Positions 25,006-36,572 of a DNA stretch of 64,000 nt are shown one piece after another. The translations under genes were made by a program, and so were the position numbers. The stretch's first letter is position 1. The number at the start of each line of letters is the position of its first letter. Origin of the DNA: Alloascoidea hylecoeti (lineage: Eukaryota); NCBI GenBank assembly GCA_001600815.1, contig BCKZ01000012.1, positions 186,001-250,000 of the forward strand, given 5' to 3'. The notes beneath the pieces are model-generated. The model did not search any database, was not told the DNA's origin, and was given only the letters and a program-made list of their open reading frames with translations.

Positions 25006-26382
25006 TTATGATACTGGCTTTATACGTTTCCGAACTAATCTAAACATTAAGCTTTGTTTTCTTTTTAAATCATTCATGGAGAATTTTGAAGTATCTTTCA
25101 AACAAATTTTATGTGAACCATCATCATCTTTCTTAATATAAGATACAGATTTACTATTCTCATAATATTCACCATAAAAAGTATCCTGTAAAATTCCAAC
25201 TACGCTCTTAACAAGTTCATTTCTAGTCAGTTGAAATTGATTTTGAACTGTGGTTATTAGATCAGCAGTATGTGCACAAGTTAATTTCTCTGGATCTTTG
25301 TTCCAGATGGAAAAATTACCACCTTGCTTTTTGATTTCTTCTTGAGCTTTGTGACATTCATCTTGATTATGATCTATTATTGATCTTATTACCCAAACGT
25401 TACAAGGAGCCTTTGTGTTTACTCCATCGTTATAACTTCCTGGAACTTTCTGTTTAAATTTATGGTCGTTAGTTTTGATATATAGTCAAATGGATTAATA
25501 ATAATAGGAACTCACTCTTTTAGCAACAAATAAAACACTGTTGCATCTTTGGCAACAATAAGAAAAGTTTGCTGATTGAAATATTTTACTATGTTGTGAG
25601 GAGGGAGACGCTTTGTTTGTATTGTTTTTTAGATCTCTCAGGCCTAGCGCTCTTAGTTGCCTTAAAGAGATACCCCGTTTTGCAGTAAAATACAACCACA
25701 TGGAATATTTGGCAGCCTGAGCGGAATCTAGGTAATCACCTGGTTTTAATGTGAAATTACTTAAATCCTGTTGGAAAAAAGATCGTATCCATTTAGGGTC
25801 AGTTATTCCAATTCTCGGTGGACCAAAGTTATAAGGATCAATATGATCATTTTTGGGTCTATGCTTAAGGCTTATATTTGATGCCAAGGAATCTCGTATC
25901 CGTAAATCTTCAGACATCTCTTTATATTTATTGTAGGCGTTGTTGGTGGTTGTAGGAAGTGGTACCCCTATATAAGTATGCTTATTCGATTCCTCAGAGT
26001 CAAGCCCTTCTTCATCCTTTATCACAGCATTTGTAGTTGTAGGATAAGTGTTAATTATATGCTTGTGGTGTTCATGTTCTGGTTCATGTTCTGATACGAC
26101 TTGTGTTTTAGAAGTAGCCCCTAGTATATAATTGGTTAACTGCAAACCCACGCAATTTTTTTCCGACGTTTCGTTTCTTAAAATTTTTGGCTGCTTAGAT
26201 TTATTGCTATTTTCTGATTCCTTGTTGTTATTAATATACCAAGGCCTTTTAACAGGAGTGATTACTGAACGTTCACAAGATTCTTTAGGTTCAATTATTA
26301 TGGTCCGTGAAGCATCGATATCTCTTGAATCTTTAGTCGAAAAAATATTAATGTGTTGAACATTCAATTTTGCCTTCAGCAT
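25006..26382 (-). CDS. Orphan ~436-aa protein with putative Mutator/FAR1/Aft1-like (WRKY-GCM1 fold) Zn-finger, 2 exons
   Basis: In-frame intron 25450-25515 (GTGAGT..ACTAAC..CAG) extends the 295-aa track ORF; LKPGDYLDSAQAAKYSMWLYFTAKRGISLR...YCCQRCNSVLFVAKR|KVPG...WVIRSIIDHNQDEC. Confidence 0.6.
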
Positions 26383-26661
26383 TACTCACAATAAACAAAA
26401 GGTTTGAGGATGAAATAGAAATGTGTACATGTATTAATTGTTGAAATTGAAAGTATTTATTACGATGATAGCTATAAAATGGGCTTAGTTTTTTTTTGTT
26501 GGTATTTTTTGGTTTTCGCTTTGTTTGTGATTTGACAAATCCGTTAGTTCTAGGTCACTGTCGATATCACATGCATACACTAGTATATTATATAATACTA
26601 ACTTTTACTTATAAATACTTTTTATATATCGTTAAATAAATTTTTATCTTAGGTCCTTTTT

Positions 26662-28455
26662 TTAATCCATCCAAGGTCCATATTCTTCATAAATCTGGTC
26701 TGTCCAGCCAGGAATATCTTTGCCGGACTCTCCTGGCTTCCTACCAGGAATAGTAATATCTTCTAATCCCTTTGCATCTTGTAGCCATTTGTGATTAGCC
26801 ATCCCACCAGCATCCGCCCTATCTTCTGGTAAAATCCTTAAAAATGGTGTCAAGAAGTTTGTAAATTGAACGGCATTAGCTTCACTGAATTTATATTTTT
26901 CAACGAGAACATCTTTTAACAGCCATTGCTTTAGTTTATCTACATTTCTTAATTTACCCTCATAATCAAAATAATCTCTATAAAAAGAGCCTGCTTTTAT
27001 AAATTGTAAAGGATAGTTACCCCCTAAAGTCTCAATTATTTGAGCTAGATGGTCATCTTCTTTTGAATATGTTTCTCCATCTATAGGGTCAAACAATAAA
27101 TCACCAGTCATTAACTCGAATATTATGCAGCCCATGCTCCACATGTCAACACCAGCACCCCATGGTGCACCAATTATAATTTCTGGGGCACGATAAGGTC
27201 TTGTTTGAATTTCATCTGATAAATGCTGGCCTATCCACGAAGCATTCCCTAAATCTGCAACATTGATCGATATTTGAACATCAAATGTGGCTTCATGTGC
27301 ACCTCCAGCTATTGATTCTAACTTGGGCAGGAAATTCGGATGGTCGAGAACGTAACTTTTATTATGATCATCGAATGAAGAATATGAATATGAATTAGGT
27401 GTATAAACAGGCGAGCGTGTTCCCGAATTTCCATTTAAAGGAGAATCCCGAGGTAAATTTGTTATAGAGTCTGAATTTGCAGTATTTAGACTAGTAATAG
27501 ATTCAGGACCATTTGTGTTTCCTTGTTTCTTAACAAAGGGTGTCATCGCCAAAAAAGGCGAAAACAAAGGAGACCTAGAATTTGCATGCAACGGCGTATA
27601 CAAAGGCCTTGACTTTCGAGAGACTTTTCTTTTGAGTTTCGGCAGACTAAGAGCAGAACTTGAGTTTGAGTCATTACCACTATTATTCTTATCGTATAAC
27701 CCAGTAGAAGCGCTTGAGACTGAGTTATTACGAGAAACACTTTCTTGTTTCTTCAAGGCTTCCTGTGACTCTATTTGGGAGACCAGTTTATCCACGTCGT
27801 CAACGACAACGAGTAAATTGTCAGGCTTTAGATCTGTGTGTATCACCCCACACTCACGATGTAAGTAGTCTAAGGCCAACAATGTTTGTTTTGCAACCTG
27901 CTTAACAATAATAGGGCCCATTTTGGAACCAGCATCTAAGCATCGCTTCAACAGAACAGTAAGACTTTGGCCCAAGATTTGCATGACAATACAAACATGA
28001 ACACCATTGGGACCTTCATGCTCGAAATAATCGTAGAATTGGCAGACATATTTTTTTCCTGGGTGGTTGTCGCTGCCTCGCTGTATGTGGGCCATAATCT
28101 TTATCTCATCGTAAGCTGGGTCTGCAAACTCCTCATCACCACGAACAATTTTGATTGCAACCCATCTGTTTTCCTGAGTATCTCTAGCCATCCAAACAGT
28201 AGAAAAGTTCCCCCAGCCGAGTTTCCTCTCGGCTATATAACGTCCATCCTTGAAGGTTTCTCCAATGCGGACCGAATGGTAACCACCAGAGTCATATGCA
28301 TCTGGATCCTCTTCAGAAGAACAGTCAGAATCAGAATCCGAGATGAGATTGAACTCGGGGTTTGAGGAAAGACGAGAGCTTGGATGGTTTGAGACAGAGC
28401 AGTCATGGACAATGCTCGTCAGCCTGACACGAGAACTTCTTGAGATTCCAGTCAT
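26662..28455 (-). CDS. SKY1: SR-protein kinase (SRPK; Sky1/Dsk1 family)
   Basis: EEDPDAYDSGGYH, KLGWGNFSTVW, HTDLKPDN, long spacer insert, ADLGNA, IQTRPYRAPE, DDHLAQIIE. Confidence 0.9.
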   Translation of the reverse strand: MTGISRSSRVRLTSIVHDCSVSNHPSSRLSSNPEFNLISDSDSDCSSEEDPDAYDSGGYHSVRIGETFKDGRYIAERKLGWGNFSTVWMARDTQENRWVAIKIVRGDEEFADPAYDEIKIMAHIQRGSDNHPGKKYVCQFYDYFEHEGPNGVHVCIVMQILGQSLTVLLKRCLDAGSKMGPIIVKQVAKQTLLALDYLHRECGVIHTDLKPDNLLVVVDDVDKLVSQIESQEALKKQESVSRNNSVSSASTGLYDKNNSGNDSNSSSALSLPKLKRKVSRKSRPLYTPLHANSRSPLFSPFLAMTPFVKKQGNTNGPESITSLNTANSDSITNLPRDSPLNGNSGTRSPVYTPNSYSYSSFDDHNKSYVLDHPNFLPKLESIAGGAHEATFDVQISINVADLGNASWIGQHLSDEIQTRPYRAPEIIIGAPWGAGVDMWSMGCIIFELMTGDLLFDPIDGETYSKEDDHLAQIIETLGGNYPLQFIKAGSFYRDYFDYEGKLRNVDKLKQWLLKDVLVEKYKFSEANAVQFTNFLTPFLRILPEDRADAGGMANHKWLQDAKGLEDITIPGRKPGESGKDIPGWTDQIYEEYGPWMD

Positions 28456-28542
28456 TGAAAAGAAGGGAAAAAACGAAGGAAGAAAAAGATGCAGATGCAG
28501 ATGCAAATAGCAAACCGTTTTGGATCTAAAATAAGTTAATTT

Positions 28543-28594
28543 TCCACGTGGTGTATCCGGGTAACCTTAGCTCCTTTTGTTGCAGTTGCCACTC
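28543..28594. promoter_or_regulatory. SKY1/RPN12 divergent promoter motifs
   Basis: CACGTG (bHLH, Cbf1/Pho4-type) at about 28545; CCGGGTAA (Reb1 consensus) at 28557-28564; GTTGCCACT (AGTGGCAAC, Rpn4/PACE-like variant) at 28585-28593. Confidence 0.5.
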
Positions 28595-28627
28595 ATCCAA
28601 ACCAAGCGAGAAGAAACCAAACATACA

Positions 28628-29452
28628 ATGTCAGACAACCTTCAGCATTTAGCACAGGAATTGGCCAATGCCTTTTCCGCCCAGGATTACCAGAAATGTG
28701 CCACCCTGTTAACTCCCATCAAAATCGCTTTGGCAGCTCACAATCTGCTGGTGCCAACTCCATCTCATTCTCCACCACCCCAAGATCTGGTCGTAGCCCG
28801 TGATATCCTCGAAGCGGGTGCTCTTTCATCTATAAACCTCCATGATGATATCTCGTTTTCAAGGTACATTGCCTTATTAAGACCATATTACTATGATGCT
28901 AATACAATCTCCCAAATCCCTCCATCTGCAAACAAGAATAAACTGTTATCTCTCTGGCTTTTATTATTGTTATCAAACAACCAAATTGTCGACTTTCACA
29001 CAGAATTGGAGACGCTAGAAAACGTTGAGAATGACGTGTATCTCAGCTACCCTGTTCGTTTGGAGCGTTGGTTAATGGAAGGTTCATATGATAGAGTTTA
29101 CCGGGCCTTAACACATAAAAGTCAAGTTCCATCCCCCGAGTTTAGCTTATTCTCTGATACATTAATTGAAACAATCCGAGGCGAAATTGCAAAGTGTTTT
29201 GAGAACTCTTACGCTTCAATTCCAATTACGAACGCTCGTGTCTTACTATTTTTACAATCAGATAAACAAACTGTGGATTTTGTCAAGACACAACAGCCAG
29301 ATTGGATCATAAAAGATGGTAGAATTTATTTCCCTGCTGAAAAGCCTGTTGAAGATGATGAGCAAATTGACCCCCAGTCAGGGTTAACTTCTGCAGAACA
29401 ATTAATTGGGCATACCCTAGGTTATGCCAAAGAAATGGAATCTATTGTTTAA
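28628..29452 (+). CDS. RPN12: 26S proteasome lid subunit Rpn12
   Basis: ARDILEAGAL, FHTELE, YPVRLERWLMEGSY, TIRGEIAKC, GYAKEMESIV. Confidence 0.93.
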   Translation: MSDNLQHLAQELANAFSAQDYQKCATLLTPIKIALAAHNLLVPTPSHSPPPQDLVVARDILEAGALSSINLHDDISFSRYIALLRPYYYDANTISQIPPSANKNKLLSLWLLLLLSNNQIVDFHTELETLENVENDVYLSYPVRLERWLMEGSYDRVYRALTHKSQVPSPEFSLFSDTLIETIRGEIAKCFENSYASIPITNARVLLFLQSDKQTVDFVKTQQPDWIIKDGRIYFPAEKPVEDDEQIDPQSGLTSAEQLIGHTLGYAKEMESIV

Positions 29453-29645
29453 TTATGAAAGTTATACATCTTAAATACATATAAATAGAAAACTTGACAC
29501 AAAAATTAGATTAATATTATTATAATTAGTGATCGAAAACAAACTCGTTGTTAAAATATACATATAATTATAATCAAAGCATCCTATTATTCGATTGGTA
29601 CCAACCGGTAAATTATTATTGATTGTTCATGGTTATAATTATCTT

Positions 29646-31055
29646 TTAGTCTATTAAATGTATGAGATTTTTCCCAAAATTGCCATATCCTACTGGTGCC
29701 AATCCTAAATTTACCCAATCCTGTTTACTCTTTAGGCGGTATAATTTCGGATATAATCTCGGTTTTGCAACACCGTAGCCTATTCCTTTTTCATCCATAA
29801 GTTTCTTGACCATTTCACCTTCTTTTACAAGCCAATTTAATAATCGTACGCTTGCTATTCTATCATAAGGGCAAACTGTGATATCTTGCCTTACTTCAAG
29901 GTCTTTACAATTTGTAAACTTAACTTTGATTACAACTTCGAACCCAATTTTATAATGTTTTGAAGTTGTTGTAAAACCAAACATATTTTCCATTAAAACA
30001 TCCTGTTGTTCTTCAATAAATGGAACATTCTTTGAATTAGATACACTTAGACCGTCAACTATTCCTGATGGGATATTCGCCAATTCATTAGGATATATTA
30101 TTGCCAACTGAGCAACGTATCCTGTTAATGATAAATGAACATTTGCATCCTGAGATGTGGAAGCAACCTTAAACTTCTTAACAACAGGATCATCTTTTGT
30201 ATCCATTGATATAGTTTCTATTATCTCCATTGTAATCTTTTTAATAGCTATGATTTTTTGCCGTCTCCAACGTTCTTGTTTTGCATACTCGTAATTTTGA
30301 ACTATTTTTAGATTTGCTAAAAATTCATCTCCTGGCCCAACACAAGAGTTTGGTATTGAATATTCCATCCGGGCAATCATATCCAGAGAATCGCCAATAT
30401 TTGTTATCGGCTCATTGAATTTTCCAAATAATGGTAATGTATCATATCTTTGGATTCTAATCGGAAATTGAAAAATTTCTTCTTCCAGTGTTTCACCATA
30501 TCCAACAACTACTTCAATTCTAAATTTTGTAGAACAGCCAATCTTAGTTAACTGTAATGAAGCGGGGATATCTTTATCAAGATCCAAGAAGAATGGAACA
30601 TCGATGGCTATCACTTCTTCCATTATTGTTCCAGCAAAAGGTTGAAACCCATCATATTCCCCTACTTTGAAAGTTTCCACCTTCCTATTCAAACACTAAA
30701 CGTTAATGACTATTATCTTGAGAATTTCCAAATATACAATCAATCTTACTTTGAATTCGTACCAGTATAGTAACCCAATTTGGAAGACGAAGAAACGACC
30801 TGATCTGATTGCCAAAGTTCCACCTTTAATTTCCTTATATAAAAGGGACAGGCATCTACTGACCTTAATTCCACCACTCCTTCTAGTCGAGGCTAAATCA
30901 GCAATATATTCTTGTTAATATAGCATTATAAAGTAAACAAACGCGTATTCCATCCACAGCTAAAATCATATGAAACGTACCCAAGTACTTATAACTCCTG
31001 GACACCCTCTCACTATATCTCTGTTTGGCAGTCCTCTTATTTTCGTTGTGATCAT
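29646..31055 (-). CDS. Arrestin-like beta-sandwich protein, 3 exons
   Basis: MITTKIRGLPNRDIVRGCPGVISTW|PRLEGVVELR..; DVPFFLDL..IPASL; IQRYDTLPLFGKFNEP; CVGPGD; FTTTSKHYKIGFEV; resembles a conserved ascomycete arrestin-domain family. Confidence 0.6.
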
Positions 31056-31509
31056 ATTTGCTCGGTGTTAGGTGAGATGTTGTGATGCTGAGGAAAGAAG
31101 TTGAACGGGTTGACTATAAATCATAGTCTTACATGTTTTTACGAGTATGTAGTTATGACAATGTCACTTTTCCTCCACCCAATAATAAGTTATACAGCGC
31201 CTTATGATTGGAATTTTAAGAGTATCTAAAAATAAAATATAATTTAAAGAAGGAGATTAATCATAACGTAAGGAATAGAGATAAACAATCGCAAAATCTC
31301 TTAATTAATAGTCTTCAAATACTTATATCTTAAGGGAATTATGATTTGAAATTTAAAAGCATATATAATTCTATATATTCAAATAAATACATTTTTAATC
31401 GATAGTAATACAACAAATACTTATACGACACTGCATTTCTTCTGCACAACAACATATGAAAAAGAGGTTGGAATGGAAGGGTCTATTTATTATTAACCGG
31501 CCGGGCTAT

Positions 31510-33986
31510 TCAGTCCATATCCAAGTCTGCTTCATCAATATCTTCCTCATTTAAACCTTCTGTATCAATGAAGACAAGTTTATCATTATTGTCAATAATT
31601 TGCCAAACACCTAGTAAGCTATATTCTTCAAGACAATCTCTAAGGTGCTTATCTGTAAAACCTCGAGAATAAATACGATCTCTTATAGTTTTCATCTTTA
31701 ATGTTTGTCTGAAAAGAGATCCATCTCCCATTGCCAAGTTTCTAATAATATTATAAATTTGTGATGATAATGAAATGGTTTTGGTAGATTTTCCATTTTC
31801 TTGTTGATAAAGGGAAACCTTTGATGCGTTAATAAGTCTCAAAGCCTCATCAACATCTTCTAGTGTAACGGTTTCGGAGCACCTTAATCTTGACAAGGCT
31901 TGTGACATACGTAAGATACCAAGCAAAGTACGCGCTGTAACATGAGTGAATTGTTTAGTGGAGCCTTCAGTTCTCTTTTGTTCTTGGCGCATTCTAATAT
32001 ATGAGGCAACAATATAATCACCAACGGATTTAGGGACGACAGGTCGTAGTTGACGAGCGTATGCAATGATTTGGCGCATTGTGGAGGGATCCAATGGTTC
32101 AAATTCCATTGGAGGATGTTCATTATGCATATGAACGTAAGAAACATGCTGTGCTAATCTAGTATCACTTTCAATTGAAGGAGTATCTAGGATCAAGAAC
32201 ATAATATCAAATCTTGAGAGTAAAGCCGCCGGTAAATTGATGTTTTCAACCGGAGATACTTTAGGATTATATCTACCCCATAGAGGATTAGCAGCCGCTA
32301 AGACTGAAGTCCTGGCGTTCAAAGTTGTTGTAATTCCACCTTTACTAATACTAATAGTTTGCTGCTCCATAACTTCATGAATTGCTGTTCTATCAGCATC
32401 TGCCATTTTATCAAATTCATCAATACAACAAATACCATTATCAGCCAAAACTAACGCACCACCTTCCAGTACCATTTCATCGGTTACAGGATCTCTCATT
32501 ACAGCGGCTGTTAGACCCACACCAGAGGAACCTCTACCTGTTGTATAGACACCTCTTGGTGCAATCTTAGAAATACTTTTTAATAATTGGGATTTGGCAA
32601 CACCAGGGTCACCCATAAGACAAATATTAATATCACCGCGAATTCTCATACCGTCACCCATTTCTTTTGTAACACCACCGACAAGTAGTAATAATAAAGC
32701 TTTCTTTACATCTTCGTGCCCATAGATTTCTGGTGATATTGATTTAGCAAGATGTTCATACATATTTCCTTCTGATCGTAGTTTTTCTATCAATTGTTCA
32801 ACATTACCAGTAACTTCCACATTTTCGTATTTCTTTTTGTGCTGCCTGATATACTGTGCTTCCAAATATGTTTCGGTGAGTAAACCTGCTCGAATGGCTT
32901 TGAACCCAGTATAAGGTAAGGGTAGGAAAACACCAGTAATATCAACAACATCGCCAGGATTCATACTTCTTACCAAATCACCGTTAACATGGATATCCAA
33001 AGATCTAGGAATATGGCCAATTGGGACTTGGTGTGATAATTCTTGCATTTTGACATCCTGGAATGCAGAGAATTTGGAAGCTCGGGTGGACATGAAAAGT
33101 TGACCTTTAGATCTATTGGCCTTACATTCTGATGAAGGACATTCAGTTAAAGGTGTGAAGTTGCGAGAATTTATCTCCTGAAATATTTCATAGCCACATT
33201 TATCACATGTATAGGCATTAACTTGAACAGACGGTTTGACATCAGAAACACGCGTCACAATACCTCGTATAGTAACTAAGTGGCCCAATTGTGCTCCTTT
33301 CACTTCTCTTACTGATAAAGCCTTGCCATTACCCTTATAAAGATCCGTCAATGGTTTAAAATATAAGAAATAACGTCGCGTTAATTTTGGAGGAAAGGCA
33401 TTCTTATGAGCCAACTCATCAGCAGCGTTATTTGCTGCCTCTTGATTTCCAGCAGCAAAGCCTCCGGCATTGAGCTCATCCATATTTTCCTGTTCTAGTC
33501 GAAGATTTCTGAGTCTTCTTTGATGCAAAATAACATCTAAAACATCGTCTTTGTATGTAATATCTTCAGTTGGTTCAGGCATGATCTCGTCGATTACATT
33601 CGAGAAAAGTTCAGTGTAATGATGAGCATTTTTATATATCAAATCTACAAGATGAATATTATCTGCCTCGTTCTCTTCATATAATCTGAGATCATCTAGA
33701 TCAATATATAGTGTTGTCTGTTCTCTGTTGGCAATTTTTTGTAAAAGAGCAAGATATTTGGGGCCAACCCCTATATCAGATACGTCACCCATTAGCATAT
33801 CATAATCAACATCTGACGTTTTGAAGGATGTTAAAAAGTCACGGATTGAATCTATAGTTTGAAATGATTAAATGTTAGGCGTTTTCATTGTATCTTTGTT
33901 AAACACCAAATATGTAAACAAGCACACGTACCCTTTATTTTAGGATAGTCAACATTGAGGTTGATGGATGGGAGAGTAGAGGACAT
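31510..33986 (-). CDS. MCM7: Replicative helicase subunit Mcm7, 2 exons
   Basis: Intron 33852-33931; [10 protein letters not shown] Zn finger, [31 protein letters not shown]. Confidence 0.96.
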
Positions 33987-34030
33987 TGCGTGAATGGCTC
34001 TATTGAATAACACGATAAGAAGTTGTAAAA

Positions 34031-34125
34031 AACGCGAGAAAATAGAAAGGGTAAAAGAGAGTTGGCGTTGAAAAAACCCAATCTGGCCTAATTAGGATCG
34101 ATACAAATGAAATTTTTGGACGCGT
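34031..34125. promoter_or_regulatory. MCB-type elements upstream of MCM7
   Basis: ACGCGA at about 34032 and ACGCGT at 34120-34125. Confidence 0.55.
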
Positions 34126-34264
34126 CGAGTCTTCCGGATCTTAAGGCCTGAAACATCCGCTCATCTATGCTACGACAACCCACTTCTATTACCAGTATAT
34201 CTATAATTAATATTTCTTTTTATATTAAGATGAAGTCTATATCATACTATAATCGATACATAAG

Positions 34265-36415
34265 TTACTCCTTAACAATCTCCTCTTTTTCATCCAATAA
34301 CTCTTCAGAGATTTCTTCAATAATTTGGAAATTAGAATCATCTTCTTCATCTTCCTCTTTTTCCTTGAATTCGTAACCTTCTTCTCGTAACTTAGCCTCC
34401 GTCTTTTCTCTCCAAGTTTTCCATTCCTCTAATAGGCGACGACGATTTAGAATAATCTCACGATTAGCAGCAGATTGCTCCATAAGATCATCTTCCTCAA
34501 ACTTCCTACTAAACTCTTTCAAGTTCTTCTGGATTTTCTTCTTAGCTGAGTTGGATAATAATGAAGCAGGTCTTGGTCTCCAGGCAAAGCACTTGAATTG
34601 ATCCAAAGATTCTGCACGTAATGCTTGACCTCTGAAATCAAATATCTTATAACCATTTTCAATGTGATGACGCCAAATAGAAGACCAACCAGCAATAAAT
34701 CTTCCAGAAGGATCCCATTCCAAGTCAGTAAGACCCAAAAATTCAACTGATCCTATATGTTTCAGATTAGCTGCAACAGTCTCATCCTCTTTCTTGTCCT
34801 CGAAATCAAAATCGTAAAAGTCAATTTCCGGAGTGTTACTTGGTAGGATAGCTGAAGTAACAACAAATCTACCAGTTGGAGAGAAAAGAATAATGTTAGT
34901 ATGTTTACCTGGAATAGTTAGTATACTTTTCCATTTTTGTAGTCCAGCATTTGCCTTAGTAGTGCTTTTGATTTCAGGGGCATAAAATGTTACTGTATTT
35001 CTTGGGACAGCTGTATTGACTACCAGGTTAACGGATTCATGTCTTGAGATTGTTACCAATCTGTTACCTTTAGGTTCCCAAGCTAGATTGATAACAGTAT
35101 CTTTCAATTCTATAACTTCAACAGGAATGTCTTTATCGTTAATTCTATAGAATTCCAAGTTTGTAAAAGTTGTCTTTTTCGTTTTTGTATGTCGGTCAAC
35201 CTTAACACATAAATACTTTCCTTGGTCTTGCCAATGAAATTTACAATCAGAAACATTAAATAAATTACGGGTTCTGATAATTCTCTTTGAAGGAACTTCT
35301 AATAAACTAACACGAGCAGTTTGATTTACATTTTCAGGAGTCCAGTAACATAAAATGTGATCAACTTTGTTTTTGCTATCAGCTAAATGAACAGCAGCAG
35401 GTGACCATTCGAAATCCATAACGTCTTCGATCTTAAGAGATTTTTTATCCAATAAATTTGCACTATCAGATAGAGCTTCATAGATAGAAATTTGCCCTGG
35501 TGTTTGTCTTGCAAAATATTTATCATCAAAAGACCATTTTAGAATTGGCCATACTTTCTTTTCCTGATTATCAGATGGAGCTGGGAATGTCCTTATTGGT
35601 AAAGAAGTTTTTATGTTCCAGACAACAATTTTGTGTCCTTCACTTTCAGGTCCAAATAGTGAACCTGGAGAAGACACTATTGGTTCGTGTGAAATTGTAA
35701 CTAGATAGTTCTCACATGGTGAGAAATCAAAAAGACGAACACCTCTGTGGACAAAACGAGCAATACGGCCAAATTCAGGTCCACCCCAGGTTTGAACACC
35801 TTGTGCATGTATAGAACATAAATAAGAACCTTTAGGTGACCAACTAGTGAATACTGTAGTAAATTTATCACGTTTCTCCATAGCTACTTCTGCCTTTGTT
35901 CTACCATTCCAGTGAACGGCAACACTATCATTATTGTAAATGTAGTATTGATCACGACCACTGTAGTCAGTCAACCAGGATTGCAAAAATGGAAGTTCAT
36001 GATATGGCTCAATCTCAGGTTCAACCGGTTCCATCTCCTCTGTATCCTTAATGTCATTGATATCGTCTAATGGATTGAAGATCAAGGTATGTTTAGCATC
36101 AAGTTTCTTCTTATGTGCTTTAACGGCTTTTGAAGCTCCTTCAGCACTAGCAAATTCGACAAAAACAAACCCTTTAGATTTACCATTTTCGGTCGGAATG
36201 ACAATTCCATCCGGTACTACCTTACCATAGTGTTCGATTGTTTTCTTTAAAACTTTGATCAACATTGGTAATTTCTTTTCAGGAGCAATTGGAGCTCCAT
36301 CTATCAAAACAAATCTGTCCAAAAGATTATTGGGGGATTCAACCCTATACTTCTCATATAAATCATCAAAGTTGAGACCTTCGAGGGCCTGTTGTAACTC
36401 AGGATCCTGTTCCAT
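34265..36415 (-). CDS. PRT1: Translation initiation factor eIF3 subunit b
   Basis: ATG at 36415; RRM (VLIDGAP, KGFVFVEF), WSPKGSYL, beta-propeller repeats, YLCVKVDRHTK, FAWRPRP. Confidence 0.93.
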   Translation of the reverse strand: MEQDPELQQALEGLNFDDLYEKYRVESPNNLLDRFVLIDGAPIAPEKKLPMLIKVLKKTIEHYGKVVPDGIVIPTENGKSKGFVFVEFASAEGASKAVKAHKKKLDAKHTLIFNPLDDINDIKDTEEMEPVEPEIEPYHELPFLQSWLTDYSGRDQYYIYNNDSVAVHWNGRTKAEVAMEKRDKFTTVFTSWSPKGSYLCSIHAQGVQTWGGPEFGRIARFVHRGVRLFDFSPCENYLVTISHEPIVSSPGSLFGPESEGHKIVVWNIKTSLPIRTFPAPSDNQEKKVWPILKWSFDDKYFARQTPGQISIYEALSDSANLLDKKSLKIEDVMDFEWSPAAVHLADSKNKVDHILCYWTPENVNQTARVSLLEVPSKRIIRTRNLFNVSDCKFHWQDQGKYLCVKVDRHTKTKKTTFTNLEFYRINDKDIPVEVIELKDTVINLAWEPKGNRLVTISRHESVNLVVNTAVPRNTVTFYAPEIKSTTKANAGLQKWKSILTIPGKHTNIILFSPTGRFVVTSAILPSNTPEIDFYDFDFEDKKEDETVAANLKHIGSVEFLGLTDLEWDPSGRFIAGWSSIWRHHIENGYKIFDFRGQALRAESLDQFKCFAWRPRPASLLSNSAKKKIQKNLKEFSRKFEEDDLMEQSAANREIILNRRRLLEEWKTWREKTEAKLREEGYEFKEKEEDEEDDSNFQIIEEISEELLDEKEEIVKE

Positions 36416-36572
36416 GATAGAGTTGGTGTTTTTGTGTATGTAGAATTGATGAAAAAAAATTGAAAAGAAAACGTTCCCAGATTTACGCACTCTACACTTT
36501 TCATTACCCTGCCATCAACTTGTTTACATTAACAAACAAAACTTAATTATTTTCAAAACGATTTATTCAAAA

